This document shows, piece after piece, positions 21,173 through 30,183 of a stretch of 45,792 nt of DNA. Numbering within the stretch: position 1 is the stretch's first letter; each line of letters starts with the position of its first letter. The position numbers and the translations under genes were made by a program. Below the pieces are notes generated by a model. That model ran no database searches. It saw only the letters and a program-made list of their open reading frames with translations, and had not been told where the DNA came from. Source of the DNA: Thermoanaerobaculia bacterium (lineage in GTDB: Bacteria > Acidobacteriota > Thermoanaerobaculia > Multivoradales > JAGPDF01); assembly GCA_019911865.1 (NCBI GenBank), contig JAIOJQ010000328.1, positions 1-45,792 on the forward strand. The letters are read 5' to 3'.

Positions 21173-21242
21173 AGACAGGGCCAGCGCCGGCTTCACCCGC
21201 TCTCCGGGTCGCTCGTGCGGCCCGGGGGTACCTTGCCCCTCC

Positions 21243-22700
21243 TCAGTCGCCCCCGGCCGGGACGGCGCTCGCAGCGGCACGGATCTCGTCCAGGATGGCG
21301 TCGAGGTCGGACTCCTCGAGATCGGGATTGACACAGACCAGGCGCAGAACGCGGCGGCCGGCGACCGTGCCGTAGCCGATCTTCAGACGACCCTCGCGGT
21401 CGAGCCAGTCGCAGAGGGCGGCGCTGTCGCGGCCGCGCACCGCGAAGCAGACGTTGATCGAGGGCGGCGGCTCGATCAGCTCGAGCGCGGGATCCGCGGC
21501 GATTTTCGCGGCGGCGAGGCGGGCGAGGGCGAACTGGCGCTGGATGCGCTCGTCCCAGCCGCGATCGCCGAGCCGCAACCAGGCGGCCCAGAGCTTGAGC
21601 GCATCGTTGCGGCGCCCGCACTGGATCGAGCGGTGCCCGGGATTGACGTCGTCTTCGTGCGACTGGAAGAGATACTCGGCAGTCTCGTCGAGGCTGCGGG
21701 TGAGCTCGCCGCGCCGCGCCACCAGGAGCACCGAGCACTGCAGCGGCACGCCCATCATCTTGTGCGGATTCCAGGTGAACGTATCGGCCAGCTCGACGCC
21801 GTCGATCAGCTCGCGCCGCGCGGGGCAGAGCACCACGCTGCCGCCCAGCGCGCCGTCGACGTGCAGCCAGGCGCCGTACTCGCGGGCCAGCGCCGCGAGG
21901 GCGCGAATCGGGTCGAAGGCGCCGCGCACCGTGGTGCCGGCGGTGGCGTTGATCAGCGCCGGCCGCACGCCGCGCGCGCGGTCCTCCGCGAGCTTCTGCG
22001 CCAGGGCGCCGACATCCATCCGGCCGACGTCGTCCGTCGGCACCCGCCGCACACTGTCGCGCCCGAGCCCGAGGATGCCGGCGTTCTTGGGGATCGAGTA
22101 GTGACCCTCCGCCGAGGTGTAGATCGCGAGGCGCTCGCCGCCGAGTCCGCGGTCACGCGACTCGGGGGAGGCGACGTTGCGCGCCAGCAGCAGCGCCACG
22201 AGATTGGCGATCGACCCGCCGGGAGTGAAGCAGCCCTCGGCGTCGGCCAGGCCGGCGTGGCGCGCCATGTGGCGGAGCAGCTCGCGCTCGACCAGTATCT
22301 GGGCGCCGGCGGCCTTGAAGGTGTACATCGACACGTTGGGCACGACGGCGAGCATCTCGGCCGCCATCCCCGCCGGCTCGCGGCCGCCGAAGAGCTGGTT
22401 GACGAAGCGCCAGCTCGAGCTCGACGGCGTCGCGGCCAGCGCCGAGCGCAGGCGCGCCAGGACCGCGGGGGTCGCGAGCCCGTCCGCTCCCAGGCGCAGC
22501 TCGAGCCGGCTCTCGAGCCGGACGGGGTCCCCGTCCCCGGCTTCGGCCGGCGCGTTCTCCTGCGCCACGAGCTCGCGGGCGAGGGCCGGGACCGCAGCCA
22601 GCCACTCTTCGAGCTCGCGGGCACGGCGTTCGCGCCCCGCCTCGGACGGCGCTTCGGACGGAGATTCAGGCGGGTCGGGACGTCGGTCGACGGTGGTCAA
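21243..22700 (-). CDS. Group II PLP-dependent amino-acid decarboxylase (GAD/CSAD-like)
   Basis: Motifs FVNQLFGG, PGGSIAN, HYSI, TAGTTVRGAFDP, WLHVDGALGG, NPHK, IQCGRRND. TTG 22700 follows GAGGAGG. Confidence 0.9.
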   Translation of the reverse strand: MTTVDRRPDPPESPSEAPSEAGRERRARELEEWLAAVPALARELVAQENAPAEAGDGDPVRLESRLELRLGADGLATPAVLARLRSALAATPSSSSWRFVNQLFGGREPAGMAAEMLAVVPNVSMYTFKAAGAQILVERELLRHMARHAGLADAEGCFTPGGSIANLVALLLARNVASPESRDRGLGGERLAIYTSAEGHYSIPKNAGILGLGRDSVRRVPTDDVGRMDVGALAQKLAEDRARGVRPALINATAGTTVRGAFDPIRALAALAREYGAWLHVDGALGGSVVLCPARRELIDGVELADTFTWNPHKMMGVPLQCSVLLVARRGELTRSLDETAEYLFQSHEDDVNPGHRSIQCGRRNDALKLWAAWLRLGDRGWDERIQRQFALARLAAAKIAADPALELIEPPPSINVCFAVRGRDSAALCDWLDREGRLKIGYGTVAGRRVLRLVCVNPDLEESDLDAILDEIRAAASAVPAGGD

Positions 22701-22769
22701 GGCACGCCTCCTCGGAACTCGGACCGCCATCTTACGCGTCGACACCTGCCGCCGGACGTGATCCACCCG

Positions 22770-22795
22770 GTAACCGAATCCGCGGGCGCGGCGAA
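22770..22795 (+). promoter_or_regulatory. ECF promoter GTAACC-N16-CGAA upstream of the DedA-reductase operon
   Basis: GTAACC gaatccgcgggcgcgg CGAAGA, 57 bp before ATG 22853. Confidence 0.75.
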
Positions 22796-22852
22796 GATCC
22801 CGGTGAACGCACCGTTCGCGCACTCCCGGCGGCGAATCGGAGGGAAGCAACC

Positions 22853-23602
22853 ATGGCACTCGAAGTGGATGACCTGACGGCGGATCCGAGGAGCCGGGTT
22901 TCCGTCCGACGGAGTCGGCGATGGCTCCGACCGCTGCTCTTCTTCGTCGTCCTGGCGGCGCTGGCGGTGGCTGCGCCGCTCCTCGGACTCGGCCAACGCC
23001 TCACGGAGCTGCGCGGCTGGATCGAGGGGCTGGGCGCGCTCGGTCCGCTGGTCTTCGCCCTGATCTACTCGATCGCGACCGTGGCGGCGGTGCCGGCTTC
23101 GCTCCTGACGATCGCGGCCGGCGCGATGTTCGGCTCGGGGGTGGGCGTCGCGACCGTGATTCTGGGAGCGACTGCCGGCGCGACGGCGGCTTTCGCGATC
23201 GCGCGCTGGATGGCCCGGGACGCGGTGGCCGGCTGGCTCGCGAAGAACGAGAAGTTCGCGCGGCTGGACGCGATGACCGAGCGTCACGGCGCGATCATCG
23301 TCGCCGTCACCCGGCTGCTGCCGATCTTCCCCTTCAATCTGCTCAACTACGGTTTCGGACTGACGCGGGTCCGCTTCGGCACCTACGTGCTCTGGTCGTT
23401 CCTCTGCATGCTTCCCGGGACGGCGCTCTACGTGGTCGGCGCCGACGCGGTCACCCGCGGCCTCGAGGAGGGGCGGATTCCGTGGGGCCTGATCGCGGTG
23501 CTCGTCGGAGTCCTGGTGCTGCTGCTCCTCGTCGTCCGGCACGCGCGTCGCGTCCTCGCGGCGCGCGAGGCGGCGGCGACGGCGGCCGAGGAGCGAGCAT
23601 GA
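22853..23602 (+). CDS. TVP38/TMEM64 (DedA, SNARE-associated) membrane protein
   Basis: Motifs LTIAAGAMFG, GATAAFAIAR, RLLPIFPFNLLNYGFGLT, MLPGT. Confidence 0.92.
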   Translation: MALEVDDLTADPRSRVSVRRSRRWLRPLLFFVVLAALAVAAPLLGLGQRLTELRGWIEGLGALGPLVFALIYSIATVAAVPASLLTIAAGAMFGSGVGVATVILGATAGATAAFAIARWMARDAVAGWLAKNEKFARLDAMTERHGAIIVAVTRLLPIFPFNLLNYGFGLTRVRFGTYVLWSFLCMLPGTALYVVGADAVTRGLEEGRIPWGLIAVLVGVLVLLLLVVRHARRVLAAREAAATAAEERA

Positions 23603-25140
23603 GCCTCCCGGAGCTGACCTCCTCGCCCCACGACCTCGCGCTCGATTCGTTCGTCCATCCGCCCGACTGGGTCAACCCCCGACCCGCGGCGAAGTACCAC
23701 CTGGTCGTCGTCGGCGCCGGTACCGCGGGTCTGGTCACGGCCGCCGGTGCCGCGGGGCTCGGCGCGCGCGTCGCGCTGGTCGAGCGCCACCGGATGGGCG
23801 GCGACTGCCTCAACGTCGGCTGCGTCCCGTCCAAGGCGGTGCTCGCCAGCGCCCGGGCGGCGGCGGACGTGGCGCGGGCCGCGCAACTCGGGATCAGCGT
23901 GCGCGGGCCGGTGGCGGTCGACTTTCCGGCAGTCATGGAGCGCATGCGGAAGCTGCGCGCGTCGATCGCGCCGCACGACGCCGCGCGCCGGTTCCGCGAC
24001 CTGGGCATCGACGTCTTCCTGGGCGAGGCCTGCTTCCGTTCGGCCGACGAAGTCGAGGTCGGCGGAGCGCGCCTGCGGTTCGCCCGCGCCGTCGTCGCGA
24101 CGGGGGGGCGTCCGGCGGTGCCGCCGATCGCCGGTCTGGTGGAGGCGGGATTCCGCACCAACGAGACGATTTTCAACCTCACCGAGCTGCCGCGGCGTCT
24201 GGCGGTGATCGGCGGCGGGCCGATCGGCTGCGAGCTGGCGCAGGCCTTCAGCCGGCTCGGCGCGCAGGTGACCATCGTCCAGAACCATCCCCGGTTCCTG
24301 CCGCGGGAGGATCGCGACGCCTCCGGGGTACTGCTCGGCGCCTTCCGGGCGTCGGGGCTCGGCGTCCGGCTCGACACCGAGGTCGAACGGGTCGAGACGA
24401 TCGGCGCCGAACGGATCCTCCACTTGAGGCGGAACGGATCGCGCGAGCGGCTCACCGTCGACGAGATCCTGGTCGCGACCGGCCGGCTCCCCAACGTCGC
24501 GGGTCTCGGGCTGGAACGGGCCGGAGTCCGCTTCGGGCCGGAGGGCATCGAGGTCGACGACTTCCTGCGGACGACCAACCGCCGGATCTTCGCCGCCGGC
24601 GACGTCGCCCTGACCCACCGGTTCACCCACGTCGCGGACGCCGCGGCGCGGCTGGTGATCCAGAACGCCCTGTTTCCGCTCAGGCGGAAGTACTCGGCGC
24701 TCGACATCCCGTGGTCGACCTACACCGATCCGGAAATCGCGCACGTGGGGCTCGACGAGCACCAGGCCCGCGAGCGCGGCGAGCGCATCGAGACCGTCAC
24801 GATCCCGTTCGCCGAGGTCGATCGCGCCCGGCTCGAAGGGGAGACGGAGGGCTTCGTCCGCGTCCACGCGGCGGCGAAATCGGGCCGGATCCTCGGCGCC
24901 ACGATCGTCGGCCGCGGCGCCGGCGACCTGATTTCGGAGATCGCCACGGCGATGGCGGGCCGCCTCGCCCTCGGCGCGCTGGGATCGGTGATCCATCCTT
25001 ACCCGACGCGCGCGGAGGCGATCCGCAAGGCCGGCGACGCCTGGAATCGCCGCCGCCTGACGCCGCGCTCGAAGCGCCTGCTCGAAGGGTACCTGTCGCT
25101 GCGCTTCGGCCGCGAGGTTCGGGGACAGGCCACCCGCTAG
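23599..25140 (+). CDS. Class I pyridine nucleotide-disulfide oxidoreductase (mercuric reductase-like, no MerA C-terminal CC)
   Basis: Motifs GAGTAG, GGDCLNVGCVPSK, GGGPIGCE, AAGD, HPYPT. ATGA-coupled to the DedA gene. Confidence 0.9.
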   Translation: MSLPELTSSPHDLALDSFVHPPDWVNPRPAAKYHLVVVGAGTAGLVTAAGAAGLGARVALVERHRMGGDCLNVGCVPSKAVLASARAAADVARAAQLGISVRGPVAVDFPAVMERMRKLRASIAPHDAARRFRDLGIDVFLGEACFRSADEVEVGGARLRFARAVVATGGRPAVPPIAGLVEAGFRTNETIFNLTELPRRLAVIGGGPIGCELAQAFSRLGAQVTIVQNHPRFLPREDRDASGVLLGAFRASGLGVRLDTEVERVETIGAERILHLRRNGSRERLTVDEILVATGRLPNVAGLGLERAGVRFGPEGIEVDDFLRTTNRRIFAAGDVALTHRFTHVADAAARLVIQNALFPLRRKYSALDIPWSTYTDPEIAHVGLDEHQARERGERIETVTIPFAEVDRARLEGETEGFVRVHAAAKSGRILGATIVGRGAGDLISEIATAMAGRLALGALGSVIHPYPTRAEAIRKAGDAWNRRRLTPRSKRLLEGYLSLRFGREVRGQATR

Positions 25141-25152
25141 GATGGGGGCGCG

Positions 25153-27069
25153 ATGCCCAAGCAGTACAGCCATGGCGGACGGGTGAGCTCGCGACCTGGC
25201 GGCGTTGCGGGCGGAGCGCCGGTCGACGAGCGCGCGCCACGCACGCTCCGCCAGCGCGTTTCGGCGCTCGGCAACTTGCCGCCGTTCCTGCGGCTGGTCT
25301 GGGAGATCCACCCCGCCATGGCCGCCGGCACGCTCGCGCTGCGCTTCGTGCGCGCGCTGCTCCCAGTGGCCACGCTCTTCGTCGGCAAACTGATCATCGA
25401 CGAGGTCGTACGGCTCGGCCGGCTCCCGGATCCACCGCCCGACCTCCCGGCCTGGCTCGCGAGCGGACTGGCGCGCACCCTGCTCGTGCTGCTGCTGTGC
25501 GAGCTCGGACTCGCCATCCTCTCCGACCTCTGCGGCCGGCTGGTGTCGCTGTTCGAGGCGTTGCTCGCCGAGCGGTTCTCGAACACCACGAGCGTGCGGC
25601 TGATGGAGCACGCGGCGACCCTCGACCTCGAGGACTTCGAGGACAGCGAGGTCCAGGACCAGCTCGAGCGGGCGCGCCGGCAGGCCGCCGGTCGCTCCAG
25701 CCTGCTCGGCCAGCTGTTCGGCCAGGCGCAGGACGTGGTGACGATCGTGGCGTTCGCCGCCGGGCTGGTGTTCTACGCCCCCTGGCTGATCGCCCTGCTG
25801 GTGGTCGCCGTGGTGCCCGCTTTCCTCGGCGAGACCCACTTCAACGCCCAGGGGTACGAGATCGCCTGGCGGCGGACGCCGGCGCGGCGCGAGCTCGACT
25901 ATCTGCGGGTGACCGGCGCCAGCGTCGAGACCGCCAAGGAGGTGAAGATCTTCGGCCTCGAGGCGTTCCTGATCGAGCGTTACCGGGCGCTCGCCGACGA
26001 CCTCTACGCGACCAACCGCGCGCTCGCCGTGCGGCGCGCCGGGTGGGGCGGGCTGTTCACCGCCGCGGGCACGCTCGGCTACTACGGCGCCTACGGCTTC
26101 ATCGCCTGGCGCACGCTGTCCGGCGAGCTGACGATCGGCGACCTGACCTTCCTGTCGGGATCGTTCCGCCGCCTGCGCAACCTGCTCGAGGGGCTGCTGA
26201 TCGGCTTCTCGCAGGTCGCCGGCCAGGCGCTCTACCTCGACGACCTGTTCTCGTTCTTCGAGCTCCAGCCCGAAATCGTCTCGCCAACCGACGCGGCGCC
26301 GTTCCCGAGCCCGATCCGCACCGGCTTCGTCTTCGAGGACGTCGGCTTCCGCTACCCCGGCGCCGAGCGCTGGGCGGTGCGCCACCTCTCGTTCACGCTC
26401 CGGGCGGGAGAAGTGCTGGCGCTGGTGGGCGAGAACGGTGCCGGAAAAACGACCCTGGTCAAGCTCCTGGCGCGACTCTACGACCCCGACGAGGGCCGCA
26501 TTCTGCTCGACGGGCGCGACCTCAGGGAGTACGACCTGGCGGCAGTGCGCGCGCGGGTCGGGGTCATCTTCCAGGACTTCGTGCACTACCATCTGACCGC
26601 CGCCGAGAACATCGCGGTCGGCCGCATCGAAGCGCGCGACGATCGCGCGCGGATCGAAGCCGCGGCCGAGCAGAGTCTCGCGGCCGAGGTGATCGCCAGG
26701 CTTCCCGAGGGGTACGACCAGCTGATCGGCAGACGCTTCAAGAAGGGAGTCGAACTCTCGGGCGGCGAGTGGCAGAAGATCGCCATCGCGCGGGCCTACA
26801 TGCGTGACGCCGACCTGCTCATCCTCGACGAGCCGACCGCGGCACTCGACGCGCGTGCCGAGTTCGAAGTCTTCCGGCGCTTCGCCGAGCTGTCGCACGG
26901 CAAGACCGCCGTGCTCATCTCCCACCGATTTTCGACCGTGCGCCGCGCCGATCGCATCCTCGTGCTCGCCGGCGGCGAGATCGAGGCCGCCGGCACCCAC
27001 GACGAGCTCGTCGCCCAGGACGGCCGCTACGCCGAGCTGTTCGACCTCCAGGCCGCGGGCTTCCGGTAG
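25153..27069 (+). CDS. ABC exporter, fused permease/ATP-binding protein
   Basis: TM domain, then GENGAGKTT, LSGGEWQK, LILDEPT, ISHRFST. Confidence 0.95.
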   Translation: MPKQYSHGGRVSSRPGGVAGGAPVDERAPRTLRQRVSALGNLPPFLRLVWEIHPAMAAGTLALRFVRALLPVATLFVGKLIIDEVVRLGRLPDPPPDLPAWLASGLARTLLVLLLCELGLAILSDLCGRLVSLFEALLAERFSNTTSVRLMEHAATLDLEDFEDSEVQDQLERARRQAAGRSSLLGQLFGQAQDVVTIVAFAAGLVFYAPWLIALLVVAVVPAFLGETHFNAQGYEIAWRRTPARRELDYLRVTGASVETAKEVKIFGLEAFLIERYRALADDLYATNRALAVRRAGWGGLFTAAGTLGYYGAYGFIAWRTLSGELTIGDLTFLSGSFRRLRNLLEGLLIGFSQVAGQALYLDDLFSFFELQPEIVSPTDAAPFPSPIRTGFVFEDVGFRYPGAERWAVRHLSFTLRAGEVLALVGENGAGKTTLVKLLARLYDPDEGRILLDGRDLREYDLAAVRARVGVIFQDFVHYHLTAAENIAVGRIEARDDRARIEAAAEQSLAAEVIARLPEGYDQLIGRRFKKGVELSGGEWQKIAIARAYMRDADLLILDEPTAALDARAEFEVFRRFAELSHGKTAVLISHRFSTVRRADRILVLAGGEIEAAGTHDELVAQDGRYAELFDLQAAGFR

Positions 27070-27199
27070 GCGGAATGATGGAAAGGCGGTCCACAGCGCA
27101 CCGCGGCCGGGACCTCGTCGCGTATTGCGGCTCGATGCGCCGCAGCGGATCCCCGGCAGATCCCGATCCCTCACGCAGCCACTCCCAGCGAGGACGCCG

Positions 27200-27553
27200 A
27201 TGAACGAGATCCTGATCCTCCTCAACGACCCGCCCTACGGAAGCGAGCGGTCCTACAACGGCCTGCGCCTGGCCCTCGCGCTGGCCAGAGCGGAGCCCGA
27301 GGCGCGCGTCCACGTCTTCCTGATGGCCGACGCGGTGCTCTGCGGCAAGTCCGGCCAGCAGACTCCCAACGGGTACTACAACCTGGAACGCATGCTGCGG
27401 GCGGTGCTTCGCCACGGCGACGTGCTGCTCTGCGGCAGCTGCATGGATGCGCGCGGACTCTCCGACGCGGAGCTGGTCGAGGGCGCGCGGCGGAGCACGA
27501 TGGAAGAACTCGCGCGGCGAACGCTCGACGCCGGCAAGGTGCTGGTGTTCTGA
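27200..27553 (+). CDS. DsrE/YchN-family protein
   Basis: Motifs LNDPPYGSERSYNGLRLA, FLMADAV, CGSCMDARG, KVLVF. GAGG RBS. Confidence 0.9.
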   Translation: MNEILILLNDPPYGSERSYNGLRLALALARAEPEARVHVFLMADAVLCGKSGQQTPNGYYNLERMLRAVLRHGDVLLCGSCMDARGLSDAELVEGARRSTMEELARRTLDAGKVLVF

Positions 27554-27641
27554 ACCAACGGCGGTGCACGCCGCCGACCCGCAACGGCCTCGCGATGCCG
27601 GGTCAGCCTGCGGGTCGGGCCTCGCCATCCGGTGTGCGGCT

Positions 27642-27863
27642 TCAGTCGGCGCCGGCGCGCTCCATCAGGCTCTGAAAGGTCCACCCGTAGACCAGCGTGC
27701 AGTCGCCCGAGGCCGAGCAGTGGACCTCGGCACGGCGGGGAATGCGGGCGAGGTTGCCGGGCGGGACGTCGATTGCCGGAACCGCGGCGCGCGCCCTCTC
27801 GATCAGCGCTCGGGGCAGCTTCGGGTCGACGGCGTCGATCTCGAGCAGGCGGCCGTCGAGCCG
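27642..27863 (-). pseudogene. Startless 73-codon coding-like remnant in frame behind the PEP-mutase stop codon
   Basis: Reads RLDGRLLEIDAVDPKLPRALIERARAAVPAIDVPPGNLARIPRRAEVHCSASGDCTLVYGWTFQSLMERAGAD* with GC3-rich codons. Confidence 0.45.
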
Positions 27864-28661
27864 CTACTCGGCGGCGAGACCGGAGAGCGCGCCGTGCGCC
27901 GCCCGGGCGGCTTCGGCGAGCGACTTCATCGCCAGCCGCCAGGGGATCGGGCCGTGGCTGATGCGGGCGGCGCCCAGCTCCGCGAGGCGAACGAGCGAAG
28001 GCCCGTCCGGCCGCGCGAAGAGGTTGACCGGCAGCGGCGAGGCGGCGCAGAGCCGGGCGATGCGCGCCTCGTCGGCGAGGCCGGGGACGAAGAGACCGTC
28101 GGCGCCGGCGGCGGCCCAGGCCGCTGCCCGCTCGAGTGCGGCGTCAACCAGGGCGTCGTCCTGCTCGGCGGCGGGCGTGACCAGGAAGAGGTCGGTGCGG
28201 GCGTTGACGAAGAAGGGGACGCCGCAGCGCTCGGCCGCCGCGCGCGCCGCGCCGACCCGCGCCGCACTCTCCGCGACCGGGAAGAGTTCGGAAGTGCCGA
28301 TCCTCCGGTCCTCGAGATTGCAGCCCACCGCCCCGGCCGAGAGGGCGCGGGTGACCGTCTCGGACACCACCTCGGAGCTGGCGCCGTAACCCGCCTCGAG
28401 GTCGACCGACACCGGCAGGTCGACCGCGCCGACGATGCGCTCGAGGTTGGCGATGGCGAGATCGAGCGGGATCTTTTCGCCGTCCTCGTAGCCGTGTGCG
28501 GAGGCGACCGGATGGCTGCCCGTGGCGAGCGCCCGCGCGCCGGCGCCGGCCACCGCGCGGGCCGAACCCGCATCCCAGACGTTGAACAGGACGAGCGGCG
28601 CCCCCGGAATATGCAGCCGCGCGAAGGCGCGCGCCCGTGCGAGCTGATCGGCCATGGCCAC
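27864..28661 (-). CDS. Isocitrate lyase/PEP mutase family protein
   Basis: Motifs NVWDAGSA, GYEDGE, PVSVDLEAGYG, GCNLED, FVNARTD, AGADGLFVPG. Confidence 0.93.
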   Translation of the reverse strand: MAMADQLARARAFARLHIPGAPLVLFNVWDAGSARAVAGAGARALATGSHPVASAHGYEDGEKIPLDLAIANLERIVGAVDLPVSVDLEAGYGASSEVVSETVTRALSAGAVGCNLEDRRIGTSELFPVAESAARVGAARAAAERCGVPFFVNARTDLFLVTPAAEQDDALVDAALERAAAWAAAGADGLFVPGLADEARIARLCAASPLPVNLFARPDGPSLVRLAELGAARISHGPIPWRLAMKSLAEAARAAHGALSGLAAE

Positions 28662-29103
28662 CCCCTCTCTCGTTGCGAGCCCACTCTCTCACTCCTCCGG
28701 CTCCCGTGTCCCGTGGCGGTGCGAGGCATGCGCCTCCTCCAGGCACCGGTCTTCGCTCGGCGCGCGGTCCGTGGCGCCGCCTCCAGGCCGGCCGGGTCGC
28801 TGGCGGTGCTGCGGAGCCGCTCCAGCGGCGATTCGCCGCGACCTTCCCGCCTTATTCTGTCGACGAAACTCCGGTGCCGCCACGACGCGTCCACGCGGGC
28901 TCCGGACCACCCCGGGAAGCGGGTGCTGCGAACGGGCCCGGCAGGTATCCTGACCGGCGGGAGGAGCGCCTTCTTGAATCGACACCCCCTCCGCTTCCGG
29001 ACTCTTGCCGCTGCGACCGTCGAAGCGACCCGGGCCGCCTTCGAGTCCAGGATCGGCTCGCTCCACCGCGACGGCTGAGCGGCGGCCGACCTCGAAAACC
29101 CCG

Positions 29104-30159
29104 ATGGCTCGACTCGCCCCTCTGTTCGCGATCGTGACGGCACTCGCGCTGCCGGGCGCCTCCGCGCGGGCCTTCCACGGCGGCGGCGTCGCGGCCTGCG
29201 GCGGCTGTCACGTCACCCACAACAGCGCGGACGGCTTGCCGATCGTGCCGGGGCCGGCCAACGACTACGCGCTGCGTTCGACGACGCCGAGCGAGGTCTG
29301 CCTGCTCTGCCACGCACAGTCGGCCGGCATGGTGCTCGGCCTCAACCCGCTCGCGCCGCCACCCGAACGGGGCGGCGGCAACTTCGTCTTCCTGCTCGAG
29401 GAGAACCTGAACGACGCGGCCGACGGCGCGACGCGCCCCATCCCGGGTGCGGCGGCGGGACACAACCTGGTCGCCCCCGCGTACGGCCTGACGGCGGACA
29501 CGCGCCACGGCGTCTCGCCCGGCGGCAGCTTCCCGGCCACCGAGATGGGTTGTACGAGCTGCCACGATCCGCACGGCCGCACGAGCTTCCGGATGCTCTG
29601 GGGCGCCGGCACGATCCGCGACGGGCTCTTCGTCTTCGGCGCGCCGGCGCCGGTCGCCAGCGGGCTGCCGCTGACCGCAGGTGCCGTCGAGCGGCGCGGC
29701 GCCCACTCCGCCTACGTCTCGGGCATGAGCGCCTGGTGCGGCAACTGCCACGGCGATTACCACCGCACCGTCGGCACGGAGAACTTCGAGCATCCGAACG
29801 ACGCCATGCTCTCGATCGCCGTCGTCGACCAGTACAACCGCTACCAGGGCGTACTCAATCCGACGGGCGGCAACCCGCTCGACGCCTACCTGCCCGAGGT
29901 GCCGTTCGAGGACGTCTCCACCGCGGTCGAGTCGACCGCGGGCCCGAGCGCGACGAGCCGCCTCTCCTGTCTCTCCTGTCATCGCGCCCATGCGAGCTCG
30001 GCGCCCGCGGCGCTCCGGTGGGACTTCGCGATCGCGACTCTGGGCGAGGACGGCGCCGTCTCGGGCTCGTGGCCGATCCCGAATCCGTACGGCGACCCGT
30101 CGCAACCCGGGCTGTGCTGGAAGTGCCACGCCGGCGGCGCCCCGCCTCCGACGCCCTGA
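29104..30159 (+). CDS. OmcS-family hexaheme cytochrome c, paralog 2
   Basis: Signal peptide ARA|FHGGGVAACGGCHVTHNS, 6 CxxCH motifs, GGNF, GHNL, CHDPHG, MSAWCGNCH, HP, YN.Y, PFED, CLSCHRAHAS, LCWKCH. These match recalled Geobacter OmcS motifs. Confidence 0.88.
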   Translation: MARLAPLFAIVTALALPGASARAFHGGGVAACGGCHVTHNSADGLPIVPGPANDYALRSTTPSEVCLLCHAQSAGMVLGLNPLAPPPERGGGNFVFLLEENLNDAADGATRPIPGAAAGHNLVAPAYGLTADTRHGVSPGGSFPATEMGCTSCHDPHGRTSFRMLWGAGTIRDGLFVFGAPAPVASGLPLTAGAVERRGAHSAYVSGMSAWCGNCHGDYHRTVGTENFEHPNDAMLSIAVVDQYNRYQGVLNPTGGNPLDAYLPEVPFEDVSTAVESTAGPSATSRLSCLSCHRAHASSAPAALRWDFAIATLGEDGAVSGSWPIPNPYGDPSQPGLCWKCHAGGAPPPTP

Positions 30160-30183
30160 GGGCCTCTCTCCCGAGAAGGCGAC

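Noticed and set aside
21203-21226. GC hairpin between the convergent CMD and decarboxylase genes
   Set aside because: No U-tract on either strand, so it cannot be supported as an intrinsic terminator.
23599-25140. Calling this gene merA
   Set aside because: No C-terminal Cys-Cys pair, no NmerA domain and no mer operon genes.
23428-27225. Long antisense and alternative-frame ORFs (e.g. 1265 aa here, 28852-32169, 41634-44318, 9808-12174)
   Set aside because: Shadow ORFs typical of high-GC DNA. They overlap well-supported genes and lack family motifs.
28930-28960. Possible sigma54 promoter upstream of the second OmcS paralog (GGCAGGTATCCTGA)
   Set aside because: Lacks the invariant GC at -12.
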